DNA of 48,177 nucleotides from Chiloscyllium plagiosum (lineage: Eukaryota), in assembly GCF_004010195.1 (NCBI RefSeq), contig NC_057718.1, forward strand, positions 9,538,655 through 9,586,831, read 5' to 3'. This document shows positions 46,607-48,177 of this stretch, piece after piece. Under the pieces are notes generated by a model. It saw only the letters and a list, made by a program, of their open reading frames with translations, was not told the origin of the DNA and did no database searches. The position numbers and the translations under genes were made by a program. The first letter of the stretch is position 1; each line of letters starts with the position of its first letter.

Positions 46607-48177
46607 GGTCTTTTTGCAGCAGAGAGCAGCAGGAGCTGGGTGGAAGTGAAGTCGGAGCGCAAAGCCGGTCGGGAAGGTAAGTGATTGTTATTAGAGTGGG
46701 TGTGTTCTAGACCCCAGGTCCTATAAAGTAGGGCCTCCCTCCCTCCCTCCTCCTCTAACCTAAATTAAGAGTCCACAGACTTGCCCCAAAAAGAGGGTCA
46801 AAGGAAGTTCCAGTGGATTGAAGAGTGAGGCTTTAGCTCAGGAGTCTTTGACAAGGAGGTTGAGTTAAGTGATTACGCCACAGTTGAAGAGGGTGAAGAC
46901 ATGACTGCCCAGCTGGTTCAGTGTGCTACGTGCTTGATGTGGGAGGTCAACGACTCTGGTGTGTCTGGCTCGTATAAGTGTGGAAAATGTGTGCACGTTC
47001 AGCTACTGACAGAGCATATTGCAGCATTGATGAAAGAACTCGAGGACCTTAGGCCCATCCGAGAGAACGAGATCTTTCTGGACAAGACCTTCAGCGAGGT
47101 TATTACACCAATCAGAGCAGAAGAGAGCAGACGATGAGGAAGGTAGAGAGAAGACAGGTGCAAGAGACCCCGGGGGAAGTACCTGTCAGGAACAAGTTGA
47201 ATCTTTTGGAAACAGTAGAGACAGATGACACTGCCAGTCCGCGAGGCGGCCAGGTCTATCAATCAAACGTTGGCGCAGAGGCAGAGCGGAAGAGTCGGAC
47301 ATCGCACAGAGCCGTGGTAATAGGGGACTCCGTAGTGAGAGGAACTGACCGGGGTTGTTGTGACAGCAGACGGGACTTAAGGATGGTGTGTTGCCTTCCT
47401 GGTGCCAGGGTTAAAGACATCACAGACAGAGTGCAGGAAATCCTCAAGGACAAAGGTGAAGAGCCAGAGGTGGTGGTACATGTCGGCACAAATGATGTCA
47501 GGAAGAAGAGGAGGATCATACTACAGCGGGACTTCTGAGAACTAGGAAGAAGGCTGAAAAGCAGGATGTCCAAGGTGGTTTTCTCCAGTTTGCTTCCAGT
47601 TCCTCGGGTGGTGAGGCCAGGAACAGGGAGATAATGGACTTGAACGTGTGGCTGGGGAACTGGTGCAGGAAGCAAGGATTTAAATTCTTGGATCACTGGG
47701 GTATGTTTTGTGGTAAGCATAAATTCTACAAGAGAGATGGTTTGCACCTTAATAGGTTAGGGACCAGCATTCTGGCAGGCAGGTTTGCTACTGCAACACA
47801 GCTACGTTTAAACTAAGTAGCGTGGGGGAGGGGATGAACTGGATGTTTAAGAAGGAAATTGAAGGGAAAGTTAGAACAAGGGAAGTCAAGAAAGATGACT
47901 GTATCAATGAGGCAGAAAACTCGGAAAGGGATCATGCTGTAAGGTTGAGTGAAATAGGAGTTGATGGGAAAGGTGAGGGCAGTAACAAATTAAAAATACT
48001 ATACATGAATGCACGAAGCATTAGACATAAGATGGATGAGCTTGAGGCTCTTTTGGAAATTGGCAGATACGATATTGTGGGGATAACGGAGACGTGGCTT
48101 CAAGTGGACAGGGCCTGGGAAATGAATATTCAAGATTACACGTGCTATCGTAAGGACAGACTGACAGGCAGAGGGGG
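46607..48177 (+). mobile_element. CR1 LINE 5' portion: 5'UTR, disrupted ORF1 (46901-47816) and ORF2 start (47834 to window end)
   Basis: ORF1 has CATC...CGKC zinc finger and leucine zipper, plus SGNH esterase motifs VIGDS, CCLPGAR, VHVGTND and DGLHLN, with frameshifts and a stop at 47536. ORF2 APE motifs LYMNARSI..K..EL and YDIVGITETWL are open to the end of the window. Confidence 0.95.

Overview
Repeat-dense vertebrate genomic DNA, almost certainly from a shark or other elasmobranch (HE1-type V-SINEs, CR1/HER1-type LINE tails, Penelope-like elements). The only clearly functional gene is headcase homolog HECA on the minus strand. Coding exons 1-3 are at 30239-30077, 24772-23750 and 3319-3165, with canonical GT-AG sites and consistent phases. 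I could not find the last exon in the window, so it probably lies left of base 1. A probable non-coding leader exon and a 42-bp VNTR intron lie upstream of the ATG. Upstream of HECA (about 40.9-46.5 kb, minus strand) is a decayed, apparently intronless RBM44-like pseudogene broken up by later insertions. The window ends in the 5' part of a CR1 LINE (ORF1 zinc finger plus SGNH esterase, ORF2 APE start). The most striking non-genic signal is a population of short, often palindromic Penelope-derived insertions from several families. They carry minimal hammerhead ribozyme motifs and 10-16 bp target-site duplications, and one sits in the HECA proximal promoter. All protein identifications come from recalled motifs, not database searches.
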